In this document: piece after piece, positions 13,879-27,896 of the stretch
How the letters are laid out: each line of letters begins with the position of its first letter
Position numbering within the stretch: the first letter of the stretch is position 1
Position numbers and translations under genes: made by a program
The notes under the pieces: model-generated
Databases searched by the model: none
What the model was told of the DNA's origin: nothing
What the model saw: the letters and a program-made list of their open reading frames with translations, nothing else
Source: Octopus sinensis
Taxonomy: Eukaryota
DNA length: 64,000 nt
Reading direction: 5' to 3'
NCBI RefSeq assembly: GCF_006345805.1
Contig: NC_043002.1
Span: 36,518,001-36,582,000 of the forward strand

Positions 13879-14570
13879 ATTATTCCATAGTGGGTTAACC
13901 TGAAATTTGTAGACTGTCAGTAATCATTTGAAGCTGAAATATTTCCTGGCCCCAAAGAAAAGTGGTTGGGATGTAGCCCAAGTTAGATGTTAGGTTTCAC
14001 TATCACTTAGGAGAGAACCTTAATTAATTTGAAACTCAACATATGGAAGAATTTTAAAGGTTCTAGCTGTGTTTTGCTTATGATCAAGAGGTACAAGTAT
14101 GTCAAGTGACTATATTTTTTCAATAGATGTAGCATCTGTATTTTCTTGTCATGGAAAAAGACAAGATTAGCACATCTTCATAACAGATGCGTTTCCATGC
14201 ACCTAGGGTGCAAGTGGATTGATATATGATTGGGGAAGATTAGAGAAAAAGAAAGGAAGGGATGTATCACCTGTATAAGAGTGGGTGCTGCTGAAAATGA
14301 CAGCAAGTAGGCCATTGATGTATAGAAGGAAGAGAGTAGGAAACAAAACCAAACTCTAGATAGAATGAAGAATAGAAAGAGCTTATGATTTTTTTTAAAT
14401 GATTTTAGATCTCATTTAGTGTTTATAAAGATGCAAAAACATATATAAAAATGTGTGTGAGTTTGTGTATGCCTCTCTCTCCTTGTCTTGACTGTTTGGT
14501 GGTTGTAAAGGAGTGTCACTATTATACAAGTAGTGTCTTCTATAAAGATGCAAAAATAATGATAACTTAC

Positions 14571-14705
14571 TTCAATGACTGACTTCACATGTGATTTGAT
14601 CATCAGAGAGTATCCAATTAACAGTAGTAACCAGAAAGCAACAAGAATGCCAGATGATGCAATGCCACCTTTTCTTTCAATGTGAAGAAATATCATAACC
14701 AATAA
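14571..14705 (-). CDS. ABCC1: ABCC/MRP1-like exon 4 (LLVMIFLHIERKGGIASSGILVAFWLL...VIE)
   Basis: ttccag|TTA acceptor, GAA|gtaagt donor, 135 nt. ER.KG..SSG...FWL motif of MRP1 TMD0. Confidence 0.93.
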
Positions 14706-17700
14706 CTGGAATAAAAAAGAAACAAATAACAAACAATTTACTTATGATGTAAATAGAAATAACAATAGTTTATTAGAAGTAATTTATGAATATTCAAGTT
14801 AACAAAATTCAACATTTAAAAAAAAAAGTTTGCCTCCCAACATCATGGTTCTGTGTTCAGTCCCAGCATGTGGCACCATGGGCAAGCATCTTCTGCTATA
14901 GACCTGGATCAACGAAACATTTGTGAGAGGTGTTGGTAAGTGAAAAAGTGAATGGAGCCTGTTGTGTTTATGTGTATCAGTAGCAAAGGGTGACTAGGAA
15001 ACTAGGGCATGCAGTCCACCCCACCCTACTGAGGTGGTGGTGGTGGGGTCCGAGTGTTCTACCTGCCCATGTTTCTGTTAAAAGTGTATTATATATGCTT
15101 TGAGATATGGGGAGACTGAAGATGAAAATAGTTTTCCCCCTACGATGCACGTTTTGAAAGTAATAAGACATGAGAAATGTACATATAACTTTGGAAATCA
15201 ACTTCTAACGATTTCATCCAGTAGGGGCTATTCAAGCTGTTGACTTTGCGAAAAATGTTGAATTTCTTTTTAAAGTTTGGAAGAAAATTTGACATTCACG
15301 AACTCTTGAAGCTGATTGAGGGACTACCAAATTAAGTGAATGTGTATAACAGTGCATAACTTTTGTCAGTGATGTGGTTTTTCTGTCTTTACTGACATCG
15401 ACTTATCCCCTAAACCTTTCTTGAAGACTTTCCTTCTCATCAACAAATCACAAAACGTGTGATAGTTAAGATTTGAAGGTCTGTAATTTAACCAAACATA
15501 ACAGCAACAAATGCTGTTTTTTTCAATCATTGTAAAACTATACAATTGTTTTATCACTTGAAAGTGATATTTGTTTTCAATATCACTTCTAAGCTGAGAA
15601 AACATTTTCTTATACTGACAAACTAACAGACATGGGAAACAGAAAAACTTGTTCAGATTGGGTCATCTCTTCATTCACTCAGACTATCATAATACTTTCA
15701 ATCTAAATAATGAGGACATTCCTTGCTGCTCGCTTCAGTTTTGATTTTCAGCTTAAACATTGGTTTCTCTTTTCTGAGAATGATAATATTCTTCTAATCT
15801 GTTTCAAATTTGGGGCAAGTAGAGAGAAAACTGAACTAACTGACCATTTTGCCATCCTGGGAGTGACTGAAGGCATGAAAAACTCTACTAGGTTTTAAAT
15901 GAATCAAAGCTTTATGCTAATAGATAATTTAGGTGCTAGTTTACATTTTTACATAACCTTTCTTAAATAACTTTAAACATTTAAAACTATTTAAAACTTC
16001 TGATCAACAAACAAACAAACAAATTGGACCACATTGATAGATTATTTTTTAATACAAAACATGCCATAACATTTCTTACAGCCGTTTCCGCTTCCAATAT
16101 CAGTTGGTGCTTACAAAAGAATTTTGAAAATGATATTCGTCATTTACATAGTATATTCGATCTAGTACATGGAGCTACATCAGAGTGAATACAAATGCGT
16201 AATATAAAATAAATGAAGGCAAGAGGAAATAGGAAAGAACAGGGCCCCAAGAAGAGGCCAGAAAGCTTTATGTACTAAAATCATACCATCTTGTAGCAAG
16301 GAGTTTTGAAGTCAATAGCCTATTGACTTCAAGGCTCCATGGATATATATAAATATCCATTGGCCAGAACAGTTATAGTTTATTACACAGGTAGACTCAA
16401 AAATTCATTAACATGTTCCTGTTTTTCTTCCTTTTTCCCCTTTTACAATTTATTTGCAAATATTTGGACAGCTTCTCCGACATAGCCTCTTTGTTTTTCC
16501 ATATAATTTTGTTTGGTTATACCTTTTTTGATGTTTTCCTTTAATTTTTTACACTGACGAGGATGGTAATAAATAACTATTTTAATTATTATTATTAATA
16601 TAATTAATGTCTTTTCTTACATGTTTATATTACAATTTGAAACGGTCGTATGTGGAAATTAAATTCTAATTTGAACTTTTAACATCTTCTCTTCTCCATT
16701 TTCCAAACTGTTAGTAGTGTTTTATATGTAGCACAAATGAAAAAAATAGAACTTGGTTCAGTGAATTCTTGCATTCAAAGCCTGTACAAAAACATCTTAA
16801 GGCAAAATCCTGCAGGGAATTCTTTTCATGTTCTTGTGTGCAAGAACATGTTAAAAAATAAATGGTACTGCTTTGCTTTAACCCTCACTGATTTGTGTGC
16901 TTATATAAAATTTTTGAAAAATAGTACTATGCACTCCTGAAACATAGCATAACTGTATTCACAACTAATATTTCACAGTTATTGGAATTTATAGAGTTCA
17001 GATGGCTGAGTGGTTAACCTATTGGACTACTCACTCATGTACCATAAATTTATGTTCTACTCTGCCGCTAGTATTTCTGTGACTTTCAGGGGAAACTCTT
17101 TACTCTAGATTATTCCAGGAACAAGTGCCAGATCAGTTTGGTGCAATCTCTAGACTGCTGTTTAGAAGGTATTTTGATTCTGCCTAGCAGTTTGTTTCAG
17201 ATTCTACATTTGACTTTAGGCTACATGTGATGGCTGGTATGTAAAACATCCTACATTAAATTTATCATCTGCACACAACTACTAGTTATCTTCCAATGTA
17301 GAACTATAAACTCTAAGTTAAAGGAATTCACTCAAGCCAATAACTTAGATGGTTAAATGTTTTATAACAATTACAAGATCAAATTCTCACCTTCACCATA
17401 GTTTTAAAAAAAATTTATTTTGAATGTAACAAATTTGAATCATTTGTTTTTGCCAATTTTTCATATTGATGTCTTAATTCTGATATTGTATTGATAAGTA
17501 TTCTATCAACCTTGGCAAGATTATAACAGGAGACTGATAAAGCATCACACTTGATAGCATGAGATATTTAGTTTTTACCATTTTGACCAGTTTGTTCTCA
17601 ATATTATATTATCATTGAAATTACTCCTTGATCCAATTACATCAGTGGTTTATAGCAGTACCCACATTATTAGTAATTTAGCATTCTTTTACTGATCATC

Positions 17701-17799
17701 CCCCATGAAACTACTACAGTATTTCTTATATCCCATAATCAAGATACTTCATCTCCACTCTCTGTCTTTCTCATCTCTCTCTCACTCTCTCTGTATATA

Positions 17800-17831
<32 letters not shown>

Positions 17832-17994
17832 GCACACAATGTGTGTTTGTATGTGTTTGTGTATATAAGTGTGTATGTTTATCTATAACACACAGATGTC
17901 TGTGTGCATATAAGTGTCTAAGACCATTTACGAAGGTCTGTTTGATGGTTACAAACTGCTGAACTGTTCAAAATTGAGATGGTTGTACAAATTG

Positions 17995-19330
17995 TATTTA
18001 AACCCGGCCCACCAGGAATCATCGCAGAGATGCTAAAAATATCTGGCGATGTCGGCTATAGCCTAGTCACTCATATAGTTAACCAGGTGGTACATGAAGG
18101 AGTCATACCCAATGACCGGTGTAGCAGCACCATAGTCAACTGCTACAAATGTAAAGGTGATGCTTTAGATACAAATAATTACAGAGATATCAAGTTGTTG
18201 GATCAGGTAATGAAGGTCATAGAAAGGGTTATAACCCAACTAATTAGGGAGAGAGTCAGTCTAGATAAGATGCATTTTTGGGTTTGTGCCAGGGAAAAGC
18301 ACCACTGATGCTATATTTCTGGTAAAACAGCTGCAGGAGAAATACCTAGCCAAAGATAAACCTCTGTACCTGGCTTCGGGTGACATGGAGAAAGCCTTTG
18401 ACAGGGTCCCCCAATCCCTTATCTGGTGCTCAATGAGGAAACTAGGGATAGATGAATGGTTAGTGAGAGTTGGCTACGAGTACAGTGAAGAATTCCTGGT
18501 AGGGATAGGGGTCCACCAGGATCAGTCCTCAGCATCCTCTTATTCATCATAGTCCTCCAGGCAATAAAAGAGGAATTCAAGACAGGATGTCCCTGGGAGC
18601 TCCTCTATGCTGATGACCTTGCTCTAATTGCTGTCATTATCAGAACTAGAGGAAAAGTTTCAGGTGTGGAAGCAAGGATTAGAATCAAAGGGCCTTAGAG
18701 TTAACTCGGCTAAAACCAAAGCCTTAATAAGTAGGAAGGCAGACAAACCACAAATCCCTTCAGGTAGATGGCCCTGCTTAATCTGTAGAAATGGCGTAGG
18801 TAGAAACTCCATAAGAAGTACCCAGTGTAAGCTATGGACACATAAGAGGTGCAGCAATATCATAGGAAGGCTAACTGGGAAGATAGTTTTTGTATGTGGC
18901 AAATGCTCAGGTGCTATAAACACTGAAAATGTGCACATGTGCCGGTGGCATGTGAAAAACAACATTTGAACGTGATCGATGCCAAGGCCATGGATTGGCT
19001 TCCATGCCAGTGGCACGTAAAAAGCACCATTCAAGCGTGAGCATTGCCAGCATCACCTTACCAGCACATGTATTGGTGGCACGTGAAAAACAACATTCGA
19101 GTGTGGTCATTGCCAGAACCATCTGACTGCCCTCATGCCAGTGGCATGTAAAAGCACCCACTACACTCTCGGAGTGGTTGGCATTAGGAAGGGTATCCAG
19201 CTGTAGAAACTTTGACAGATCAGATTGAGCTTGGTGCAGCCTTCTGGCTCACCAGTCCTCAGTCAAACCGTCCAACCCATGCCAGCATGGAAAGCGGATG
19301 TTAAACAACGACGACGATGACAATGATGAT
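17995..19330 (+). mobile_element. RTE LINE reverse transcriptase fragment with frameshifts and an internal deletion, plus 3' UTR
   Basis: NYR.IKLL, GKSTTDAIF, DMEKAFDRVP and LLYADDL motifs; 3' hairpin modules; (GAT/GAC)n tail. Confidence 0.92.
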
Positions 19331-20398
19331 GCCTATAACAAACGTTTTACTTGTTATTTTCATATTTTAATTGCTTGCTTTAGGAGGCTATCATTTTGAT
19401 AAACCATTCATTTTATTACCCAATATATATATATATATATATCATAATCATTTTAAGTCCACTTTCCATGCTGGTATGGGTTGGACAGTTTGACAGGAGC
19501 TGGCTAGGCAGAGGACTGCCCCAAGCTTCAGAGTCTGTGTTGGCATGGTTTTTTTATGGCTGGATGCCCTTCATAACACCAAGCATCAGCAAAGTGGGCT
19601 GAGTGCTTTTTATGTGGCACCAGCACTGGCAAGGTCATCAAGTAACTTGCAAGACAAAGATCCTTTGAGAGGGAGGGTCACTGGAGGAGGTGATCTTTTG
19701 CCAGATAATGAAAGGTTAGAGAGAGACAGAGAGGCAGAAACAGGTCTTGTTATAGAGGAGGTACATAGTTACCTGGTTTGTGTGTGAGTGAAAGAATGCT
19801 AGACAGAATTATTCTGGTTATCAAACAAGTGACCAAATTTCACTTGTAGATTAACACACCTGAAGTGCTGACTGGCTTCAAGAATTTGAAGATAAAGCCA
19901 AGACTACATTCAGTTACTCCCTTTTCTGTTATCTTGTGCATTCAACTTTTAAAAATTGATTAAGCTTTATTTCAATCAAAGTACAATACTATTGCCAACA
20001 AAAATAAAAGGATTCTGTCTATTAAATCTAAAACAATTGTAATAAAATGAAAGGAAAAATTATGAAAAAGAAACAATGCTGATGAACAGTGAAAGAAGCC
20101 GCTGTATGTGTGTTTGTTTGTGTCCCCTTAGAGGAGTTATTGTCATATAGATAGAATAGTGGCATTCATTTCCAATAATCTGCAGTAACATGTCTTACCA
20201 AGGGAAAATATTATCTTGCTTGGAAATTAGAGAGGATTGGGGACAGGAAAGCCATCAGGCTGTAGAAAATCTGTCTCAAATAAACTCCATCCAACCCATT
20301 TAAGCATAGAAAAGTGGACATTAAAACAACAGTGATTATAATAATGAAGATGAAAACTGAAAATTAGATTACAAAAAAAGAAGATAAGAAATCCTTAC

Positions 20399-20521
20399 CA
20401 TAGTCAGAAAAAGGACAAAAGAAGACATAATATCCACAGGATAAATGTCTGGATGAGTTGCTTTGGACAAATTGTAGAGTAACTTTATCACAACACATGT
20501 CAGTAGTACAAAGAGGCCAAG
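20399..20521 (-). CDS. ABCC1: ABCC/MRP1-like exon 3 (LGLFVLLTCVVIKLLYNLS...SSFVLFLTM)
   Basis: ttttag|CTT acceptor, ATG|gtaagg donor, 123 nt, open and hydrophobic, phase 0/0. Not in the ORF track. Confidence 0.88.
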
Positions 20522-20680
20522 CTAAAAGACAAAAAAAAAAGCAGCAGAAAAAATTTTAATATCAAGAAAATGACAAACATTTGATGAATCTTTTAAAGGT
20601 TTAATTTAGTTCAAAAGGCAGCAACAAAAACAAGCAGAATAATAGATGATAGGTGTATCTTTATACTATATATATATATA

Positions 20681-21169
20681 TCTTATATAAAATTCATTCT
20701 GTCTGTCTGTGTGTGTGTCTTCTCGGATCTCGGGCATCCTCCATCCGATTGCACTCAAATTTGATATGTAGATACCGACAGTATAAGGGTGTGTATAAAT
20801 CTTGAAAAAATTACAAAAATCGATTCCAGGTGAGAATGCGATCAATAAAGCCGTTTTTGTTCTGCTTTTCTTTCATCAACTTGTACATAACTGCACCTTC
20901 CATTTTTTTGTTGTTTTTGTACTGCTGAAAGGCACGTTTCTTTCCTGCCAAGTTTACTGTTTAAACCATGTTTGAGTTCTCCCAGTCAACAGCCTTATCA
21001 TTACTGGTACTTTAAACTCTTTGGTTGCATATTTGTGTGAATAAAATCGTTTTCTTTGGAATAGAAAAAAAGTCTAACTTTATTTCTTCTTTTGCTGGTG
21101 TTTCAAATTTAGGTTAAATCAGTGTTTCCCAACTCAGCACCGTCCATTGGACAGAGGGCATTTTGCTCG
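20681..21169 (+). mobile_element. Degenerate non-autonomous Helitron-like element
   Basis: Starts TCTTATATAAAA followed by a (TGTC)/(TG) tract; ends with a gtcc-att-ggac hairpin and CTCG|T, a CTRR variant. Confidence 0.5.
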
Positions 21170-21204
<35 letters not shown>

Positions 21205-22933
21205 GTGATTGACAAGAGCCTCTGCATGGTTGTTTAACCTGCTAGAAATAACCACCAAATCCCATTTTGCAGTCTTAAAAAAATGAAAGAATATATTGGA
21301 TAATAGCTATGTTTGAAACAAAGATGAGATGGCCATAACTAGTATTTTTGATCATTGGTCTGCTCAATCATAGCTGATCAAATGCTAAATGACAAATTGT
21401 TTCCTAACTGGAGCTTCAAGGAACTTATTTTTATTCATTAGACAGACCTATGTAGTTATTTTCTCAGGTTATTAACAGTGACAATGCATTATCTAAAGTT
21501 GAATTTTTCTTTTTAAATCAAAAATCTAGGGGATGAAAAGTATGATCCACACACCTAAGAGTTGTCTCATGTTAAGCAGCACATCAGCTCTATGAAAAAA
21601 TAAGGTCTGAGCAGTTAATGGAGCAAGTTCTTGAGGACTTGACTTAATTCTGTCTCTTGTCACATACTGTTCCAACTGTAGATGTTGTAAGCTTTAATGT
21701 TTTGTCAATGTAATTTATTATTATTTTTTTTCATAAAAAGCTTTTTTAAAATTTCAGGTTTAATAGTCAATGTAACCTTTTTACGGTTTCATTTCACACT
21801 ACTGCCTTCAGTTCCACTTGATAGCATCTTTCCAGGCATCTTGAATAGTAGGTAAATCCAACAGTAGCAGCAATCAACAAACATCCACAACAAGTATGTA
21901 GTATAAAAAAAAACCCACCAGGAAAGAACTGTAGCTGGTAACGATCACGCTCAAATGGTGCTTTTTATGTGCCACCAGCACAGAAGCCAGTTAGCTGCTC
22001 TGGCAACGATCATGCTCGGATGGTGCTCTTAGCACTCCACTAGCACGGATGCCAGTCATCGAATTTGATTTCGATTTCACATGCTTCAACAGGTCTTCTC
22101 AAGCAACACACACACACACACTCATAAACACAGATCTATAGGGAAATAGACTGAAAAATAAAGAGATAGATAGATACTTATTGCAATAAAATAAACACAA
22201 ACACCTGCAAATATCCATAGTAAAAAAGCTCACTTTATACTCCGTAAGTGTTCATAGCGATGTATAGATAAATACTTGCACATGTGTGTGCACACACATG
22301 CACTGTGATTATAGTTTTTAAAATTATTAACTACTCTGATGTTAGCTGAAACTACAACAAGCAGTCTTGTGGCTAAGAAGAAAGTGTAGATTTTAAATTC
22401 TGAAAATTTATCCTAATTTTTATAAGGGTGATATTAAAGGCTGTTTCCTATGATTACTAATCATATTTTGCAAATGCTGTAAGCATGAAACCTGAGGTAG
22501 CTATAATGCAGGTGTCTATATTATCATATTACTGGATACAGTTACTGGACTTCAGGCATGCTGAGGCACCACTGCCTTCAAGGGTTTTTGCTGATCATAT
22601 CAATCCCAGCACTTATTTCATGTGGTAAATATCTTGTTGATCCCTAATTGTTAAACTATTTACTCAGTTTCTCTCAGTCAAATTCATTTCACAAGATACC
22701 AGTCAAGCAAAGGCTGTAGTATAAGACACTTGCCCAAGGTACCATGCAGTGGGATTGAACTCAGAACCTTACTGTTTTAAAGCAGAATCTTTAACCATGA
22801 AGCTATGCTTGCGTCTTAATGTAACTCAGATGTATGGTACTTCCAATTATTTACAAAAAATTTTTCAATATTGTAAGAGTTAAGATAAATTAGAAATAAA
22901 CATAGAAATAACTGAATAATAGAGAAAATTTAC

Positions 22934-23110
22934 CAGTTTCAAAATGAAGATCTTTGACACAGATATCTTTTTTTTCTTATTCCAGTAAATATCAAGACAT
23001 CTAAATGGGAGTAATAACCATAGAAAAGCACAAGGTGTCATCTGACATACAGTCTTCTGAAAACATGGAGTCAGGTCTGGGTGTGTAGTGTTCCATGATA
23101 ATTGATAATC
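22934..23110 (-). CDS. ABCC1: ABCC/MRP1-like exon 2 (DYQLSWNTTHPDLTPCFQKTV...KIFILKL), TMD0
   Basis: ttccag|GAT acceptor, CTG|gtaaat donor, 177 nt. PDLTPCFQ is the motif typical of long ABCC N-termini. ABCC1 versus an ABCC2/3 co-orthologue cannot be resolved here. Confidence 0.93.
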
Positions 23111-24273
23111 CTGGAAAAAGAAAAGAACAAAATGGTAAACAAGACAATTCAGTACCATCTCTTTATCTAAAAGGCCAGGTCACATATCACTTTTTGTTGA
23201 TTGTTTATGCTATGCTGTAAGAATATTACACTTGTGAGAGACAACAAACACATACACACACATATAAGTATAAATAGAGAGCAAGAGAAAGGTATAAAGA
23301 CAGTTGCTTGTGGAGAAAGTAGATAATGATGTGTCTATTAGAAAAAGGGAAAATGTCATACGCAAAAAAGGAAAAAAATTATTGGTTCTACTTTTGGTGT
23401 AGTTTCTGTGGCTAGATGCATTCCTAACATTAATCACTTTACAGTGTGTATTGGCTATATGTCATCATGGTACAAGAGTAGAAGGGTTGTGTGTCCTTGA
23501 CATATCAACTCTACGTCTCCTATTTCTTGTTTGCCAACCACTTTTCAGAGTGCACCAAGACTGGATTTATAGGGGAGCAAAAAGAGCAATTGCCACAGGT
23601 CACCCTTGACATCGAGGGACCCTTCTATGAGTAGTAACGGAACACTCAATATAGAGATGCCCTACCATCCAGCAGTTTTGCATGAAGAGGCTTGGTTTCA
23701 ATATACAAACATAATCTTGAGGTCCTAAAAAATGTAATGGATTCTCTTTTAATGATAAATAACCATACATTTCTCCACATTACCAATGCCAATTCAATTA
23801 AAAATCAGTTTGCTACTCAGTCCCAAAAATTGTAGCTGCTTTTGGGACAACAGAAAAGGAGAACAACAAATGTGTGTATATGTGTGTGTGTGTCAGTATG
23901 AATGCATATAAAGATAGAGATAAAGAGACTGACAGAAAGATGTTATTGTCTCTAGTTTAAATTCCTTTTTTCAACACATGATTGAGCAATGACCTTGGTT
24001 TGACCACTTACAATTAAAGACACACACACATACATATTGCCACTCGTAAATTTCATTATTTCAGTGAGGCACTGAAAACTTTGGTCTTATTTTACAAGTA
24101 AGGAATATATTCCAAAATTTAAATTTTGAATTTAGTTTTAATTATAAAATTACATCTCTCAACAGCTAAAAGCATATTTTTTATCTTTAGAATTATTGCA
24201 TAGATGTTCAAATGTTTTTCATTAAATTGAACCTTTTTCTTTTCTATATGTTGTCATACACTTGAATTTACTA

Positions 24274-25118
24274 AGGGAGAGTGGGGCAAAATGAGTAAAT
24301 TCCAATTTCTAGTTATTTTTTTTCTATTTGTTAGAATCTATTATATTGCAAATTTGTCAGCATGCTTGTTGTTGAAGTTGAGAAAGTTTGGAACATAGTC
24401 AGATGGCAGGTACTTTTTTTTATCAAGAAATTTTCCCTCAACTTTCACCCGATTGTAATTGAGGGTGCTAAGGAAATATCTGGATAATTTTTGTTTAACA
24501 ATCACTATTCTTTTCTCTGTTGGATTTCAAGTTAATTTTTTTCCCCACACTAATGTCTAATTCGATAATTTTCAATTATCAAAAGAAAAAAGAAAATCTA
24601 AATTGGGGCAAAATGAGTAATGACTAATTTCAAAATTTTTTTCTAACTGCTTGGTGCATAAATATATCAGTTAGACAGCCACTTCAGCAGATCATGAAAA
24701 AACAATAGAGAATATTCTATGTTTAGTTTTCAGATTTAGTTGAATTTCATGTCATGATCTTTCATTTACCTCGATATAAATTTTTGTTGATTTTCTAATC
24801 TTTCTAAGGATGACTAAGGATGGATATTGATGTGTATGAGTCTTTTCTCAAATGCAATTCTAAAGAATCGAAGGGACAAATTTGCCTTATTTTGTCTTAA
24901 TCTTTTTGCTGTCTAAATTTGGTTTTTATATGCTCAAAGAGAACGAAGATAATTTTCTGAAATAGTGTTCTGAATATGTTACAGCATTTTAAATGCATTT
25001 AGAGGCCATTTACTTAGCTAATATAGTTTTTGTAAAGTAGTGAACGTTAGTAAAAAATATTTTTTTTAAAGACCAAAACTGGCAGCAAATATTACTCATT
25101 GTGCCCCATCCCACTCAC
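24274..25118. mobile_element. pogo/Tc1-like non-autonomous DNA element
   Basis: Imperfect TIRs containing GGGGCAAAATGAGTAA (about 24283) and its inverse (about 25092-25107), an internal copy near 24605, and TA at both ends. Confidence 0.5.
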
Positions 25119-26081
25119 TACTGGAAAAGCGGACTTTCAGAATAGCTGTCCCATATAAGTTGGAATTTTCCTGTTTTTGTCGGGAATTTCCCTTTTTTTT
25201 TTCTCTCCTGCATTGCAAAACAATAAAGGGAAGCCTTTTTAAAAGGCTACGTCTTTTAAATGTTTGTTCCCCCTCCCCACACTCTTATTGCAGATTTTGG
25301 AACAGCAACAACCACTAAAATGATACTTTTATCTTTTTGCAATAAAAAAAAAAATCATGTCCCCTTTTCTCTCCTTTATTCTACTTTTCACAATGAAGGA
25401 ATAGTCAAACACCACAAGTGGATGTGTGTAAAACAAACAAACAAAAAAAAAAAAAGGTTTTTGAAAAAATATATCTATAAAGCAACATTTTCAGCCATTT
25501 AATTAAACTTTCTCTAACTTTTTCAATTCAATTACATGCAACTGAATTTAAGGTTTTGAGATTCAAATTTGGTAATTATCCAAGATTTGAATTCTTGTGA
25601 ATGAGGGGACTCCAAATTTGAAGTGCCCCCCCTCCTCCAATCCACCCCATTGTTTAAATCTGGTCCTGAAGTGCACTGCATATATTTTATTGTGGCACCA
25701 GTACTTTTGGGGCTGCTATGTACCCAGCACGACAAACTTTCTCACTACTCTATATTAGCTCTTTGTTCAGGGTAACATGACCAAGTAAGTGAACAGAAGA
25801 GGTGCAGTAATTGAAAATAAACTAGGGATAACGAGAAAGAAGTAAGAATATAATGGGGGGGGGGGACCAGAATCTTTGGAATGACAGTAGGGAAGAGAAT
25901 GGAGAAATGAGAGAGATAGTGCTTGGAGGAGTAACTGTAGACAAATAGTAATGAGAGAAAGAAAGAAACAGTAATGGTAGAGTGCAATGGGAGAGAGTCA
26001 CTACTGGCAGCTACATGTTTGCTGGTAAGAGACAACAGTAATGAATGGTCAAAGAAATGATCAATGGTAAGAGTGGTGGAT

Positions 26082-26314
26082 TAGGCGGCGAGCTGGCAGA
26101 AACGTTAGCGCGCCATGCGAAATGCTTAGCAGTATTTCGTCTGTCGCAACGTTCTGAGTTCAAATTCCGCCGAGGTCGACTTTGCCTTTCATCCTTTCGG
26201 GGTTGATAAATTAAGTACCAGTTACGCACCGGTGTTGATGTAATCGACTTAATACCTATGTCTGTCCTTGTTTGTCCCCTCTATGTTTAGCCCCTTGTGG
26301 GTAATAAAGAAATA
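26082..26314 (+). mobile_element. tRNA-derived SINE with a Nin/Deu-like central domain
   Basis: B-box-like GAGTTCAAATTCC; core GCCTTTCATCCTTTCGGGGTTGATAAA; perfect 16-bp TSD GGTAAGAGTGGTGGAT at 26066-26081 and 26315-26330. Confidence 0.85.
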
Positions 26315-26689
26315 GGTAAGAGTGGTGGATGTAATAACATGTGATCTGGGGAAGAGCACGTGGTGGTTACATGGACAGGAGGGTAAATATCTTATTACTG
26401 AAGAATCATGATGGCAGGGGGAGAGAGAGTGATATAAATGAGGGATGAAGTACAGGCAAATCTAATGTTACTCCCCATTATATAGACAGCATGGTATAAT
26501 GAATAAAAGAGAGATGAAAGTGTACTGAATAGGCAGGTGAAGTAGCAGATGGTGACTTAGCAGTTTCAAAATATGAGGAGGACCCACCTGCAGATATATA
26601 TTACATGTCCCAAACTCCATCACTAACCCCCTATTTTAATATGTTTTGACATGCTTACAAATGTGGTCAGGCCTTCTTCAGCACATGTT

Positions 26690-27200
26690 GCTAATCACCA
26701 TAATCATTTGTCATCTCCTTCATAATGTGCAACATCTTCAGATTAGACCTCACTTCATCATGGTTTCTTCCACATGATCCTTCTACTTTGAGCACTTATC
26801 ACTTCTTTATACAAATGACATACTCCATGTGCATCACATATCTGTATCAATGCAATCTTCTCTCTTACTAAATCCTCTTATATCCAGTTTTTCTCTCCTC
26901 TCAGCTTATTTGAACTCTGATGTGCATGTACACTAATATAACACATCTACCAAAGCATGATGTTCACTTCTTTTCCTTTTAGTTTTCACAAATCCTGTGT
27001 TCAAGGCCCATATCTGGCAACTATGCAGCATCATACTTCATACATAGCCATCATATCTGTCTGTTGCAGTGAGAGAGAAGCCATTTGTTGCCAGCAGAGA
27101 TAACTTCTTGAACTTATTTCTCTATTTTTACACTGGCTACTATGCTTTCAGAACATTCACTGCTAATCAAGTTAGCTACATAAGATCTAATTAGGAGACC
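26690..27200 (-). mobile_element. Highly decayed RTE ORF2 C-terminal fragment
   Basis: Nucleotide resemblance to 4050-4500 by eye; no open frame. Confidence 0.45.
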
Positions 27201-27639
27201 TACATAACACTATCATCTACTTCTAGGGATCTTTTTTGTGCATTTGAGAAAATCTTTTCCCCATGAGATTTTAGTGCTTTTCTGCTTATACTATTTCTTT
27301 TGATGTCTACCATTTCAAAATATACATACACAAATAGTGATAGGGAGTGAGGGAGGGAGAGGAAGAGAGGGGAAAAGAAGGCAGTTATGTCACGGAAGAG
27401 TCAGTTTAGCTAATTACTAACAAGTAAAAGTTCATTAATTTCTTAAGGTATCAAAACTTTTGTCACGCTTCTATAACTTACTGACTTAATTCAATTTTGA
27501 CTATAGAAAATCAATTAGTCGCAAGCATGTATAGGCCGCAGAGAACTTTTTTGACTTTCTTTTTAAACTCTTTTACTGAATATTTCGTTTTGGGATTTGG
27601 TTTGCAAGATTCTTTATATGAGATCGTGTGTTGAAGCAT

Positions 27640-27896
27640 ATTCTGTTGTGTCTGGGGAGAGTCATTTTCTTTTTGTGCCTTATAATTTAACACACTCACC
27701 GGTAAAATTTCCATGTATTTCTTATTTTCGTTGCATCTTGCAACCTTTTCAATAGTCTTAAGATTATTGAAAAGGTTGCAAGATGCAACGAAAATTTTAG
27801 GAAAATAAAAATAAGAAATACATGGAAATTTTACCAGTGAGTGTGTTAAAGTAAAAGGCACAAAAAGAAAATGACTCTCCCCAGACACAACAGAAT
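27640..27896. repeat. Near-perfect loopless palindrome with about 120-bp arms
   Basis: Arms mirror around TCTTAAGA (27756-27763); the right arm carries 17 extra nt. Confidence 0.9.

Noticed and set aside
15140-15470. Mariner-like element starting TACGATGCACGTTTTGAAAGTAA
   Set aside because: No convincing matching right-hand TIR was found.
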